From the human T2T-CHM13v2.0 reference genome, Homo sapiens: DNA of 64,000 nucleotides. The notes below the pieces were generated by a model. That model had not been told where the DNA came from. It searched no databases and saw nothing but the letters and a program-made list of their open reading frames with translations. Every line of letters begins with the position of its first letter. The stretch's first letter is position 1. Shown here one piece after another: positions 15,261 through 29,241 of this stretch. Made by a program: the position numbers and the translations under genes. The DNA lies in the NCBI RefSeq assembly GCF_009914755.1, contig NC_060930.1, one strand, 5' to 3'.

Positions 15261-16018
15261 TGCCAAAAGCTGTGGGAGCCCACCTCTTGTATCAGCGTGA
15301 TCTGGATGTGAGACATGGAGTCAAAGGTGATCATGTTGGAAATGTAAGGTTTAATGACTGCCCTGTTGGATCTAGGACTTGCATGGGGCCTGTCACCCCT
15401 TTGTTTTGGCCAGTTTCTCCCATTTGGAAAGGGTGTATTTACCCAATGCCTGCACCCCCATTGTGTCTAGGAAGTAACTAACTTGCTTTTGATTTTACAG
15501 GTTCATAGGCAGAAAGGACTTGCCTTGTCTCAGATGAGACTTTGGACTTGGACTTTTGGGTTAATGCTGGAATGAGCTAAGATTGTGGGGGACTGTTGGA
15601 AGGGCATGATTGTGTTTTGAAATGTGAGGACAAGAGATTTGGGAGGGGCCAAGTGGGGAATGACATAGTTTGGCTCTGTGTCCCCACCCAAATCTCACCT
15701 TGAATTTTAATAATCCCCATGTGTCAAGGGCAGGAGCAGGTGGAGGTAATTAAATCATGGAGGTGGTTTCCACTATGCTGGTCTCATGATAATGAGTGAG
15801 TCTCACAAGATCTGATGGTTTTATAAAGGACAGTTTGCCTGCACAAGCTCTCTTGTCTACAGCCATGTAAGACATGACTTTACTCCTCCTTCACCTTCTG
15901 CCATGATTGTGAGGCCTCTCCAACCATGTGGAACTGTGAGTCCATGAAATCCCCTTTTCTTTATAAATTTCCCAGTCTCAGGTATTTCTTCATAGCAGTA
16001 TGAAAATGGACTAATACG
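15261..16018 (+). mobile_element. Truncated THE1C/D: last ~400 bp of internal region plus 3' LTR (15661-16018)
   Basis: The internal part is homologous to 18847-19239 of the intact THE1B. A polypurine tract precedes TGACATAGTTTGGCTCTGTGTCCCC, and the LTR ends GGACTAATAC(G). Confidence 0.9.
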
Positions 16019-17316
16019 CTTCTCTTCCCACTTCAGGCCTCACTTGAATGCCATTTCTTCCAAAGAGCCTCCTTTGACCCCCCAAGAGAAATTGTATTCC
16101 CTTCTTATGTTCAAGAGTTTTCAGTTTCATCACTGGCATCTCTTATACATCTTCATTCGGACTTAAATGCTCATAGAGTGAAGAAAGGATGGACGTATTG
16201 TGTTTACTTAATGGTTCCCAGTTAGTTCCATCTTGGGAATTTGAAGCTGGGAGTAGATATTTGATCTCTTGATTCTGCTTGTTTGTAAGAGTCTACAGTG
16301 TTAGTTTTCTGGAAGGCAACCCTATTGTTTGGGGCAACAAACCACTAGGAAACATTAGGACTGAAAGACCAGGTGAACTTGAGATTACTATTGCTGAGTA
16401 GGATCATAGGGTACACTTTAGTATTTTGCTTGTGCTTTTCTTATTATCAATTTAATACAAGTTCATTTAAAAATGTAGAAAGAATATACAATGTAAAGAG
16501 GAAGAAAATACCTCATATACCTTGTATCCAGAAGCAACCAGGTCATCTCTTAGCATTTTCATTTCCTTTCCAGCTGGTATAAAAGATTTTCAGTACTGAG
16601 AGAGCTCTTAGAATTCCTCTCAGGCTCACTCTAAGTCAGGACTCTCATCTTCCTGTCTGTTATCCTTTCTATTACTTCATAATACCTTATTTTAAAAAAT
16701 TAAGGAAATTACAGGTTGGAAAAGATAAACCAGGCTGGAAATATGGAGAGTATGAAAAGTGGTAAAGAAAAACAAACCCTTTAACATCTATTTTCTCAGC
16801 ATCACAGAGAGTTGAACTTGTATAGAGTTTGAACTCCCCTCAATTAGAACCTATAGATAAATAATTACAAAATTCAAAATCCAAACATACCACAGCAAAT
16901 CAAAGCAAACTAAATCACTCCAACAGCCTGCCCTCCCACCCACCAAAGTGACCTATAAGAATTATCTACCAAATTTATACTATATCTTGATTATTAAGTC
17001 CTTAAGTTAAAATTACTGCAGACAAATTTAGTTACTTTACTTTCCTACATTTACACAATATTTCATGAGCTTATAACAAACACTTTGATTAAAACTCAAT
17101 GGTCAATATGTTAGCGATTTTGGACAAGGTAATTTTAAAAGATGTAGGATAATTTAAAGTGATTATGGTAAATAAACATGGATTATACAAAAATTTATTT
17201 CCACAGCAGTAGTAATTATAGAATAAAAAATTAGAAATAGCAAAAATATTTCACAATAAAAGCTTGGTTAAATTCCTACATTTCAATAAAACATGATGTC
17301 ATTGACTGTTGGATAG

Positions 17317-19583
17317 TGATATGGTTTGGCTGTGTCCCCACCCAAATCTCATCTTGAGTTCCCATGTGTTGTGGGAGGGACCTGGTCGGAGGAAATTGAA
17401 TCACGGGGGCAAGTCTTCCCGTGCTGTTCTAGTAATAGTAAATAAATCTTGCAAGATCTGATGGTTTTAAAAAGAGGAGTTTCCATGCGCAAGCTTTCTT
17501 TTTTGCCTGCTGCCATCCGTGTGAGATGTGACTTGCTTCTCCTTGCCTTCTACCCTGATCATGAGGCCTACCCAGCCATGTGGAACTCTAGTCAGTTAAA
17601 CCTCTTTCTTTTGTAAATTGCCCAGTCACTAGTACGTCTTTATCAGCAGTGTGAAAACAGGCTAATACAGTACATTGGTACCAGTAGATGGGGTGCTGCT
17701 GAAAAGATACCCAAAAATATGGAAGGGACTTTAAAACTGAGTAACAGGCAGAGTTTGGAACAGTTTGGGGGGCTCAGAAGAAGATGGGAAAATGTGGGAA
17801 AGTTTGGAACTCCCTGGAAACTTGTTGAATGGCTTAGACAGAAATGCTGATAGCGATATGGACAATAACGTCCAGGCTGAGGTGGCCCCAGATGGAGATG
17901 AGGAACTTGTTGGGAACTGGAGCAAAAGTGACTCTTGTTATGTTTTAGCAAAGAGACTGGTGGCATTTTGCCCCTGCCCTAGAGATTTGTGGAAATTTGA
18001 ACTTGAGACAGATGATTTAGGGTATCTGGTAGAAGAAATTTCTAAGCAGCAAAGCAGTCAAGAGGTGACTTGGGTGCTGTTAAAGGCATTCAGTTTTATA
18101 AGGGAAGCAGAGCATAAAAGCATGAAAAATTTGCAGTCTGACAATGTGACAGAGAAGAAAATCCCATTTTTTGAGGAGAACTTCAAGCTGGCTGCAGAAA
18201 TGTGCTTAAGTAATGAGGACCTGAATGTAAATCCCCAAAACAATGAGGAAAATATCTCCAGGGCATGTCAGAGGTCTTCACAGCAGCCCCTCCCATTACA
18301 GGCCTGAAGGCCTAGGAGGGAAAAGTGGTTCTGTGGGCTGGGCCCAGTGTTCCCATGTTGTGTGCAGCCTAGGAACTTGGTGCCCTGCTTCCTTGCCATT
18401 CCAGCCATGCCTGAAAGGGGCCAATGTAGAGCTCAGGCCACAACTTCAGAGGTGCAAGCCCCAAGCCTTGGCAGCTTCCATGTGATGTTGAGCCTGTGAG
18501 TGCATAGAAGTCAAGAACTGAGGTTTGGGAATCTCCACCTAGATTTCAGATGTATGAAATGCCTGGATGTCCAGGCAGAAGTTTGCTGCAGGGGCAGGGC
18601 CCTCATGGAGAACTTCTGCTAGGGCAGTGTGGAAGGGAAATGTTTGGTTGGAGGCCCCACCCAGAATCCCTACTGGGGCACTGCCTAGTGGAGCTGTGAC
18701 ACAAGGGCCACCATCCTCCAGACCCCAGAATGGTAGATTCACTGACAGCTTGCACCATGCACCTAGAAAAGCTGCAGATACTCAACCCCAGCCCATGAAA
18801 GCAGCCAGGAGGGAGGCTGTACCCTGCAAAGCCACAGGACTAGAGCTGCCCAAGATAGGAACCCACCTCTTACGTCAGTGTGACCTGGATGTGAGACATG
18901 AAGTCAAAGGAGCTCATTCTGGAACTTTAATATTTGACTGCCCTGCTGGATTTTGGACTTTCATGGGGCCTGTAATCCCTTCGTTTTGGCAAATTTCTTC
19001 CATTTGAAATGGCTGTATTTACCCAATGCCTGTACCCCCATTGTATCTAGAAAGTAACTAACTTGCTTTTGATTTTAAAGATCATAGACAGAAGGGTCTT
19101 GCTTTGTCTCAGATGAGACTTTGGACTGTGGACTTTTTAGTTAATGCTGAAATGAGTTAAGACTTGGGGGACTGTTGGGAAGGCATGATTGGTTTTTGAA
19201 ATGTGAGGACATGAGATTTGGGAGGGGCCAGGGGTGGAATGATAAGGTTTGGCTTTGTCTTCACTGAAATCTCATCTTGAGTTCCCACATGTTTTGGGAG
19301 GGACCAGGTGGGAGGTAATTGAATCATAGGGGCAGGTCTTTCCTGTTCTATTCTCATGATAGTGAATATGTCTCACAAGATCTGATGGTTTTAAATCCCT
19401 GCACAAGTTTTTTTTTTTTTGCCTGCTGCCATCCATGTAAGATGTGACTTGCTTCTCCTTGCCTTCTGCCATGATTGTGAAGCCTCCCAAGCCACATGAA
19501 ACTGTAAGTCCATTAAACCTCTTTTGTAACTTTCCCAGTCTCAGGTATGTCTTTATCAGCAGCATGAAAACAAGACTAATACA
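17317..19583 (+). mobile_element. Complete THE1B MaLR provirus (5' LTR 17317-17669, internal 17670-19239, 3' LTR 19240-19583)
   Basis: Two direct LTRs TGATA...CTAATACA, with a PPT GGGAGGGGCCAGGGGTGGAA before the 3' LTR. 5-bp TSD GATAG/GATAT. Broken internal ORF (17765-18307, 18567-19007). Confidence 0.95.
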
Positions 19584-19914
19584 GATATCATGGGACTATG
19601 ATCACAATATTTGAACTAAAAAGCTATTGTCAAATACTATAAGCAATATTATTCTATTTGTGGAAAAATATATTAACACTTGGAAAAGAGACTGAAAGAA
19701 TATTGATCAAAATCTAAAGCAGGTTTATTTGTGGGTTATGAGATCTGGTGACTTAATATTTTTATTTGTGCTTTTTAATATTTCCCAAATTTTCTACAAT
19801 GAGTATAGATTGTTCAGTAGATTGTTCTGAACATAAATAAGACAGATTATCTGTGTGAAAAATATTAGAATATTTATGGAGAACAATCTACATAAACAGA
19901 TTGTAGATTGTAGA

Positions 19915-20090
19915 ATTATTAACCTAGAGTATTTGGGCTCCTCGAATGCCCATAAATGGGTGTCAAAGAGTCTGTGTACCCTGTGGAATAATTTGTATGT
20001 GTTTGTATATATTGTTGCTGATGGAAGGGGATCCACATCTTTCACAAAATTCTCAAAGTGCTCTGTGATCCTCAAGACCTAAGCAAAAGT
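19915..20090. mobile_element. MER103-like hAT-Charlie remnant
   Basis: GGGGATCCACATCTTTCACAAAATTCTCAAAG..TGTGATCC resembles the recalled MER103C consensus. Confidence 0.45.
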
Positions 20091-21543
20091 ACTTTGCAGC
20101 AACCTGTTCTAAATCTTGTTTATGACAATTTAAAGTCGGTGTCTCTAGGCTCCTCATTTCAAAGATTGTGCATATATAAACTGTTTTGGCTCATGGGCCA
20201 TTCACAGTGAAAGCATTTGGGTTAAAGCCAGAATATTTATGGGAGTAAATAAAATTAGTATCCACTTGAAATGACAGCAGAAAAGGTAAGTTATTTTTTG
20301 TTTGATAAGAACTGTATCTTACTACCAAAACTCTCTAATACATCCTGAATTATTCAAAATTAAGACTCAAATTTTCACATTAAAGTTGACTAGTGTAATG
20401 ATGTGTTTCTGTTAAAAATCCTCATTATGAAATACATTTTGAAACATTACCTACTGAATAAACATTCAACTTTGCTTTCTTTTGATCCCTACTTAAATCA
20501 CCATATAACACTGACGTCTTACTCTGTAAGTCTTCACATGGTCTTTGATCAAAAGCAGCGTAACCTGAAAATGACCTTTATAAATGGACTTACATTTTCC
20601 TCTTGTGAATGGAGATAGAGAGGGGCTGAAAGCTGCTCTGTGCTTCTTTGCCTAACAAGCCTAAAAATCTTATGGGAAAAATGTCAACATCACCCAGACA
20701 TTTGAAACCCTGAAGGGCATTGGTTTGTCATTTATTCAAAAATTAAGTTTTCTTTCATTTTGCCTTTACACTTTCATTTTGGATAATTGTGCACATAAAC
20801 TTACACACACTTCTTTCATTCATTAACTGAAGAATTGCACTCTGGTTACAAAGACCACATCATAAGTACTTACTAAGTTATAAGTTAAAAAGAAGTGGAT
20901 TCATTTTTAATTTATTATTCAATAAAATTCTTATTTCCCATTTGGGACAGATGCAGAATTTGTGGTTCTTTTAAAATAGCAGCCTGCAGGCTTATTTCTA
21001 TCCAGAGAACAGTACAGTCCTTTTGAGTTTGACCCTATAAAATGTTTTGCTTATTTACTTTTTAATTTCAGGGTTGATCGTTGCAGTCATTACACACACT
21101 GGTTCATGGTGAACATTGGAAGCTTGCCTCCATATTCTCTGACCAAAGAAGCCACGTAGTGGTTCTCCCTTTTAAAAAAGTTCTTTACAATCAGCTGCAG
21201 CCAGTTTTTGATTTTGGAGAACTTTATCTAGAACTGTGACATTTTGTGGAGTTTTATACATTGGAATGTCCTGTTCACTAACCCATTGATAGGAGAGGGG
21301 TGCGACCCCCTTGCTGCAACTCACTCACTGCTTCTCATTTGGTGATTGATCAAGTTCTACCATATAGACTACTGAAGTTTTCATTATGAACTGTCAACTC
21401 TTAAGGATAAAGAGCATTGTTCCAAAAGACATCTTTTTAAGAACTAGGAAGAGTGGGAAGAATATTAGCCTCCTCCAAGTCAATAATAAGGATTCTTATT
21501 AGAGGATTCTGATGAGGCCACTTACACATGTATAGAAAGACAG

Positions 21544-21827
21544 GGCCAGGTGTGGTGGCTTACGCCTGTAATCCCAGCACTTTGGGAGGCCGAGGCAGGC
21601 AGATTACTTGAGGTCAGGAGTTCAAGGCCAGCCTAGTCAACATGGTGAAATCCCATCTCTACTAAAAATACAAAAAGTAGCCGGGCATGGTGGCAGGCAC
21701 CTATAATCCCAGTTACCAGGGAGGCTGAGGCAGGAAAATTGCTGGAACCCAGGAGACGGAGGTTGCAGTGAAGCCAATGTACTCCAGCCTGGGCAACAAG
21801 AACAAAACTCCGTCTCAAAAAACAAAA
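21544..21827 (+). mobile_element. AluS (Sq-like) with a short right-arm deletion
   Basis: Alu dimer flanked by AGAAAGACA at 21534-21542 and 21828-21836. Confidence 0.93.
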
Positions 21828-22716
21828 AGAAAGACAAAAATCAAGGATCTACAACATATGGAAGAAGAAGGGGTTCCCTGAAGATACATCTGGTAATTTC
21901 ACTATGTTTTGCAGGCCAAGACTTAATAGTGAAAATAATTCAACTTTTCAGCTTAAAAACAAAAAACAAAAAAACAATTTTCTCCTAAACATGTAACTAT
22001 TGAAAAATCTAAGATACAGGGAATCAGAAGCAATGTATGAGAGAAGGCATATGTTTGGTTAATGTGTTTCATTATATGTTAAATGTAGTTCCCCACTACT
22101 GATGTTCAATAGATAAAAAATAAGCAAAATGTGTGAAATAAAGTGCTATTATAGAATAGTGCAAAAACTTTCCAATGGTAGGCTCTTGTCTCTTTTCTAT
22201 AGACTTGTGATCTGTGGGGATGTGCTCTCATGCTCTTCATTAATACCCTGCTCCACCCCATCGTTAAATATTCCAGACTTTTCTAAGTAAATACCATCCA
22301 ACAACAGAATACGCATCTTTCATTGTCACAGTTAGCTGATATCTATGGAACGCTCCACATTTCTCCATAACTTCAATACTGAAGCATGTGCCTATTCGTC
22401 ATTCTTTTTGCCAACCCAGTGACTTCAACACTACTCTTGGTTTTCTTGGTTTTCCTTCTCTGGCTTACCCCTATGATCGTTACAAAAACCACGGTTTCCA
22501 TCTCCATTCCAATTTAGCCACTATGTTTATAGCCATAATTTAAATCTAATCATCAGTCAAGATTACTTTATTGCTAACATCCTAAATTCTAACATTTCCT
22601 TTTTTTCTTCCACAAAGTTTTGTTTTACTGCTCCATTCATTTTCTTAACTTTACTAATCAAATAGTTATCCTTCTTTTCTACTTCAGTTCCTTATTGCTC
22701 CTCTGATTTTCCAATC

Positions 22717-22890
22717 CAGTGGCACTCAAGCTTTGGCATACATTAGAATCACTTGTTGAAACACAAGTGTAGATCGTACCCTCCAGAGTTTCTGATTCTG
22801 TAGGTCTGAGATGGGGCCTGAGGATCTGCATTTTAACGGGTTCCGAGTGATACTGATGCTGCTGGTATGAAAACCACACTGAGAAAAATA
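22717..22890. mobile_element. MER5A hAT-Charlie MITE
   Basis: CAGTGG..TTAGAATCAC..CCAGAGTTTCTGATTCTGTAGGTCTGAGATGGGGCCTGAG..TCTGCATTTTAAC..GTGATACTGATGCTGCTGGT. Confidence 0.85.
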
Positions 22891-22950
22891 ATCTTTGTTC
22901 AATAAAACTCTTGTTCCATTAGAGAAATAAGTGATTGGGAAGTGGAACTT

Positions 22951-23056
22951 ACAAGGGTGGTTCAACATATACAACTCAATCAATGGGCTACATCATATCA
23001 ACAGAATGAAAAACAAAAACCATATGATCATTTCAATTGATGCTGAAAAAGCATTC
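22951..23056 (+). mobile_element. Isolated internal L1 ORF2 (RT) fragment
   Basis: Encodes [35 protein letters not shown], homologous to ORF2p in ORF 59630-60508. Confidence 0.9.
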
Positions 23057-23481
23057 TCTATCTCGTCTGTTTTTTATATCATCCATCTTTTAAATTTTGG
23101 GGAACCTATTGGGTAAAAAATAATATCTTACTCTTTAAACTGGTATAGTATTTTTTTCTATCATGACTCATGTGGCTAAGCATGTTTTTCATATTTGTTG
23201 TTTGTTTGCCTTTCATTTATGTGAATTGACTACTGAACTCATTTCTGTTTATTTCTTTCTCAGTGAGTGATAGGAATTTTTATACATTCTGGTTGCTAAT
23301 TCTTCATTTGTTATTATACAACACAATTTTATTAGTCTTTCACTTGTGTTTCAACCATGAATAAGTATTTTTTATATATTTTAATTATTTTAATATAATC
23401 AAGGTTATCTATTTTTTTTACACTACCATTTTTGGGTTTTTATCCTAGTTAGCAGGGCCTTCCTTATCCTGGGGTCATTAA

Positions 23482-23862
<381 letters not shown>

Positions 23863-24529
23863 TAAAAATTTTTTGCTCTACTTTTTAAACTTTCCGAAAT
23901 TATTTTTTCTGTATACTATGATGTAAAAAATCTAATTTTAATTTTGTCCTTATTAATAGTCCATCTTTTATTTATTTCCAGTGCTACCCCTCTCATAGAC
24001 CAATACCCATTATATGTGAGTTTATTCTATTTGATTGGACAATTTACCTAATATGGCACCAATGCTACACTATTACTATAGCTTTATTAAATGTTTTGAT
24101 ATCTGGTAGAACAAGTTCTCCCATTTACTTATTTTTCACAAATTTCTTTTTTTTTAAATGATAGCAAGTTTATTAAGAAAGCAGAGGAATAAAAGAATAG
24201 GCAAAGCAGCCACAAATTTCTTATATTCTCTTGTAACTTACTTCTCTGTGTAACTTTTAGAATAGACTTGTAAAGTTCCACGAAAAATCTTGTTGAGACT
24301 TTTGTTTGATATTGTGTTGAATTCATGCATTAGTTTAGAGGAAATTCACATCTTTAAAAGTGTGGATTTTCTCACCTACACACATCTTAACCTCTCCACC
24401 TATTCCAGTGTTCTTTTATGCCCATCAGGAATGCTGTATCATTGAATCCACAAAGATTTAACCCTCTTGTCATTGTTAAATTTATTCCTAGATACTTAAG
24501 ATTTAACTGAAAAAGAAAACATTCCTTTA

Positions 24530-25430
24530 ACGTCAATCCTCTCTCTTGATCTAATCCTGACACTCTAATTTCTTAAACTGTCCATTTTTTGAATGACCTG
24601 TTTGGAGAGTCTGTTTTCTCCATTTTCATACCACCTGCTATATTCCCTTGCAATATGGCTTTCTTTCCTGACACTGTAGAAAAAGTATTCTTTAAAATGT
24701 TGCTGATGATACCTGAATTGCCTAATTGCATAATTTTTTCTCAGTTTTAATCATTCTCAATTTCTCTGCGTTACTTGTCGTTATTGATCCCTGCACCTAT
24801 GTCAATACTCCTCCATTGCTGTCCATGGCATTTCACTGTCCTGTTTTTTTTTTTTTTCCTATTACACTCTCATTGCTTCTTATCTAGCTTTTTATTCTCC
24901 CACTCTGTGAACATACTGTTGTTGTGACCTCTTTCTATATGCTTTCTTCCCATGCATTTGAGGATGACAGGGATTTCTATATGCTCCCAACAATGATTTT
25001 CGTGCTTGGCAGGTTATGGGTGGTGAATAAAGGTTTCTTGAACAAACGGATCAACCTAATCATAGCTTTCAAATGCTTATTAACAGGAAAGTCAGGTCAC
25101 TATTGATTATTGGGCAAATTTGAACTCTGTTTACCATTTCTGAGGCTACATTATGGTCTCATTTTACTTTCAGTCGTATTTTTCTCCTCCACTGTAATCA
25201 AACTGTTAACTGCTTCATAATATTGCCTTTGTTCCTGAGGTTTTCTCTACCTGGGATTCCTTCCACTTTTATTTGTTGAACTCTTGTCCATTACTTAAGA
25301 ACTATATCATCTCTCTCCTTTTCTTGGAAGTCTTTTCTCATTCTTCCTGGTTTGATGTAATCTCTTCCACTTTTGAATCTTCAGAGACACTGTCTGATTT
25401 CTGCTACTCTCATTGCATTTGTATTCATTA
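24530..25430 (+). mobile_element. L2 remnants
   Basis: Pyrimidine-rich L2-like motifs (GCAATATGGCTTTC, TTTTCTCAGTTTTAATCATTCTC, TCTTGGAAGTCTTTTCT). Confidence 0.5.
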
Positions 25431-26039
25431 ATAATAAAAACTGTCTTTAAAATTGGCACAGATTAAAAAGAACGATAATTCCCAATCTTGGCAAGGTGAG
25501 GGAAGAGAAAGTTTCAAAAATTCTTGATAGGAATTTCTAGAGCATAATTTGGCAACATGTGTCAAAGCCTTAAATATGCAATTAGTCCATGGTGCAGCAA
25601 TTTCCATTTCCATGAATTTTTCCTAAGGAAATAGTCAAAGATATGTGCAATATTGCTCATTATAACATGTTTTTGTAAAAGTAAAAAAACCTGTAAAAAC
25701 CTGTGTCCAATAATCTAGTTTTGGCTCAGCAAACCTTAGCATATCTATAATAGAAGACAACAAAACCAAAATCATTTTATAAAAGAATATTTATTTACAT
25801 GGGAAAATGTTCACAATATGAAAAATAAAACAGGACATACAACAATTTTTCTAGCATAATGTCATTATTTCAGAGGAAAATAAATGTGCTTAGAAAATAT
25901 TAGAAAGACATTTAAAATGCTATTAATGGTTTTGTGAGATTGTGGTTGATACGAATTTTTTTAAAGTTCTACTTTTCTATCTTTTCAAAATTTTCATATG
26001 TGTGCATTTTGTTTATAATTTATATCCAAATGGACTACA

Positions 26040-26495
26040 TGATATGTTGCCCAGGTTCCTCCTCCTCTCTTCTCTACCCTCATCTATTAAGACGTAGGCT
26101 CTCATTCACCTGCTGCTGGAGAACTGAAGGCTGACCTCCCCGTGTTGAGACCCAGTTCTCCAATCCAGCAACTGCCCTTCACTGAGCAAAGCTGCCACTG
26201 GAGAGAGTTGCCTCTTCCAAGGTCACATGCCCTTCCCACAGGAAGTCTGCATCTAGTGACTGTAGTTATAGGACTCTAAACTCCTATCCCCTTTACCCCA
26301 ATTTGAGAGAATGCTACAGGGCCATCCAGCTTCAGATTTCACTCTGCAATTAGTTGTGGGCTTTCTTAAAACTTCTTCACGACCCACCTTCTCCCTCTGT
26401 CTGATCATGGTTCTTTCCTTCCCCCTACAGCTGTCAATCCTGAGAGCCCACCCTAGTAAACTTCCTACATCTGCTTTACAGGGAAGCTCACCTGG
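26040..26495 (+). mobile_element. LTR16-family (ERVL) LTR remnant
   Basis: GGGCCATCCAGCTTCAGA...TCCTGAGAGCCCACCCTAGTAAACTTCCT...CAGGGAAGC resembles the LTR16 3' half. Confidence 0.55.
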
Positions 26496-27526
26496 AACAT
26501 CTGTTTGCTTGGCACTTTACACTTATTACCTCCCAAAACCTTGCAATAGGATTTTAGGGCAGTTATTGGCGTCTCTGTTTTTCAGAAGAAGAAAACTACA
26601 TTCAAAATGTTTATGTATTTTATGCAAAGGTACACTATTAATAAATGTCAGAGCCAGGTTTGAAAGTAGCTGTGTTTGGATATAAAAACTATGCTTTTTC
26701 CATTAAGCCAAATGGCTCTCTGCAGTCAGTTGTGTGCTTTATTATTTTTGTGCTTTTCTAGTTCTCTCTGGTAGATGGTAAATTCGTTGGCTGCAGGGAT
26801 TTTATCTTATTTGTCTTTGAATCCCCTGCAGGGTATTGCATAGTACCTTACACATAATAAGTGCTCCATGTTTTTAGAATTGACTTGAACTAGTTGAGGC
26901 TTGAAATGTAGTTCTACTTCTGTTCCACAAAAAAACAGATTCCCTAGCAGGAAAAGAAAATCATGATGGTAAGATTTAGAAATTGTTTTTTGATTTAAAT
27001 TTCATGAAATAATCTCCTAAAAAAGAGTGATACTAATTTTCTTCTCTTTGCTTAATATTAGATAACAAAATGCAATTTTCCAGAACTTTGCTTATAATTA
27101 CTAAAATAAACAAATCAGTGAGTGTAATAAACTTATACTGAACTGTGATGGCAAATACTATGGTTTTTACCTTATATCCCTGATTCAGGGTTCTCTGAAA
27201 TCTAAGTCATTGGAGAAGAGAATCTACTAAGAGTAGAAAAATGTAACAAGGAAATAAGCTTGCTCCTTACACAAGAATTGAAAGTATTCTAAGAGTCTTA
27301 AAGTTTTTGTGGCAGCAGAGATGCGTGAGCTGACATTTCCAGCAATCAATGGAATTTGCAAGTGCGAGATGAATTTTCCTTAATTAAAATCTACCAGATT
27401 AATCATATTTTAAGTACAAGTAAAATGAATGTATAACTAATTAGTTATGCTGTTAGGAATAAATGACATTAGGTTCATGTTTACATTTAGGGAGGCAGAC
27501 ATTTGAAAGTAAACTACAAAGACTGC

Positions 27527-27877
27527 TGCTATGGTCTGAATATGGGTGTTCTCACAAATTTATGCATTAGAACTTAATTCCCAACATGATAGTATTAAGA
27601 GATAGGGCCTTTGGGAAGCAATTAAGTCATAAAGGCTTTGCTGTCGAATGGGATTAGTGCTCTTATGGACAGTTGAAGGGAGTTGCCTCACCCCTTCCAC
27701 TCTGTGAAGACACATAGAAGCTGCTATTATGAGCAACAAGCCCTCCCCAGACACTGAATCTGCTGGCTCCTTGATCTTGGACTTCCCAGACTCCAGAACT
27801 ATGAGATATAATTTCTGTTGTTGATAAATTACCTAGTCTGGGATATTTTGCTGTAGCAGCCTCAACAGACCAAGACA
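27527..27877 (+). mobile_element. MLT1A-type solo LTR
   Basis: TGCTATGGTCTGAAT start, CAGACACTGAATCTGCTGGC..CTTGATCTTGGACTTCCCAG core, and GACCAAGACA end. Confidence 0.88.
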
Positions 27878-28630
27878 AACACAGAGTAGAGAAACTTTCC
27901 ATATTGACTGAGTTTTATTGTTCTTGCACTCCAGAGAATCAACATGAAAGGATATGTCTAACACCAAATAGGGGTTAATTAGTTGAAGTTATTAAAGCCA
28001 GAAGGCCCTGGCAAATGGCATAACATAGCTACAGCATGCATGGTTGGTAACTGACCCAAATTATGCTATAAAAATGGTCAATGCTACAGCCTGGATATTC
28101 TCCTAGTGGATAAAATATGAAGCCACCTAGGTGAGATGATTTTAGGTGCCACCACACTGAGTGGGTCAAACACCATGAGTCCTAGAATTCTACTGTTAGA
28201 AATTTATCACTTTGGTTGACCACTTTAGCTCCTATTACAATATGTATTTCCCAGAGAAGCTAATACTCATCAGTTCCTTAACACAGATATGCCTTTTATT
28301 GAAAAAAAAAAAAAACCTACAGAAATAGAGGTCTGGAAGCAAGAAATATAGTTTCAAAAATCAAATGGGACAGGCCATAATTATAATTGCATATGGTTAT
28401 GATCAATGCTGAACCTTAAGCCTGAGACCTAAAATCAATCTAGCTTTCAGTCAACTTACTTTAGTCTGTCTCATCATATTATTTCCTTTTATATTAGCCT
28501 GTTCTAGAAGTTCTGTAAACATTTCCTTGAAAAGGTAAGCAACCATCTCTAAGGCTAGAAGATCAATCTCATTGATTATATTTTTCCCTGAACTCTAGTT
28601 CTTCCTTTTCAGCAGAAATATTACTGTCCT

Positions 28631-28921
28631 TAGTGGCTCAAGCCTGTAATCCTAGCACTTTGGGAGGCTGAAGTGGGTGGATCACCTGAGGTCAGGAGTT
28701 CAAGAGCAGCATGGCCAACATGGCAAAACCCTGTCTCTATTAAAAATACAAAAATTAGCCAGGCGTGGTGTTGTGCACCTGTAATCCCAGCTGCTCATGA
28801 GGCTGAGTCAGGAGAAACGCTTGAATCCGGGAGGCAGAGGTTACCGTGAGCTGAGATCATGCCACTGCACTCCAGCCTAGGCGGCAGAGCGAGACTTCAT
28901 CTCAAAGAAAAAAAAAAAAAA
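28631..28921 (+). mobile_element. AluSx-like, missing ~9 nt at 5' end
   Basis: Perfect 17-bp TSD AGAAATATTACTGTCCT at 28614-28630 and 28922-28938. Confidence 0.95.
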
Positions 28922-29241
28922 AGAAATATTACTGTCCTAGAAGAAAACCTCTTTAACTCTTATTTCTTTCCCCTCTATTATAAAGTGCCAATAAAAAAGG
29001 CTTCCAGAGCATATAGGTATTTATATTAAAACAATTAAAACTACTGTTTATCTATTAACTCCATATATTTTCAAAAGACCACTATTAGGTTACCCGCATT
29101 CTGTCCATAGGCCCATCCTGATAGAGGCTTTCCTTCCAGTTCTAAGGTGAGATTAATGTCTTCTTGAAAATGCTTAGAAATTTTGAAGTTTCTGTTTTCA
29201 GTTGAAATTTCTCAAATTGATAAACCTTTTCAACTAATAAT

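Noticed and set aside
17765-19007. 180-aa and 146-aa ORFs as a host gene
   Set aside because: Frameshifted pieces of the THE1 internal ORF. The THE1A copy shows the same ORF broken differently.
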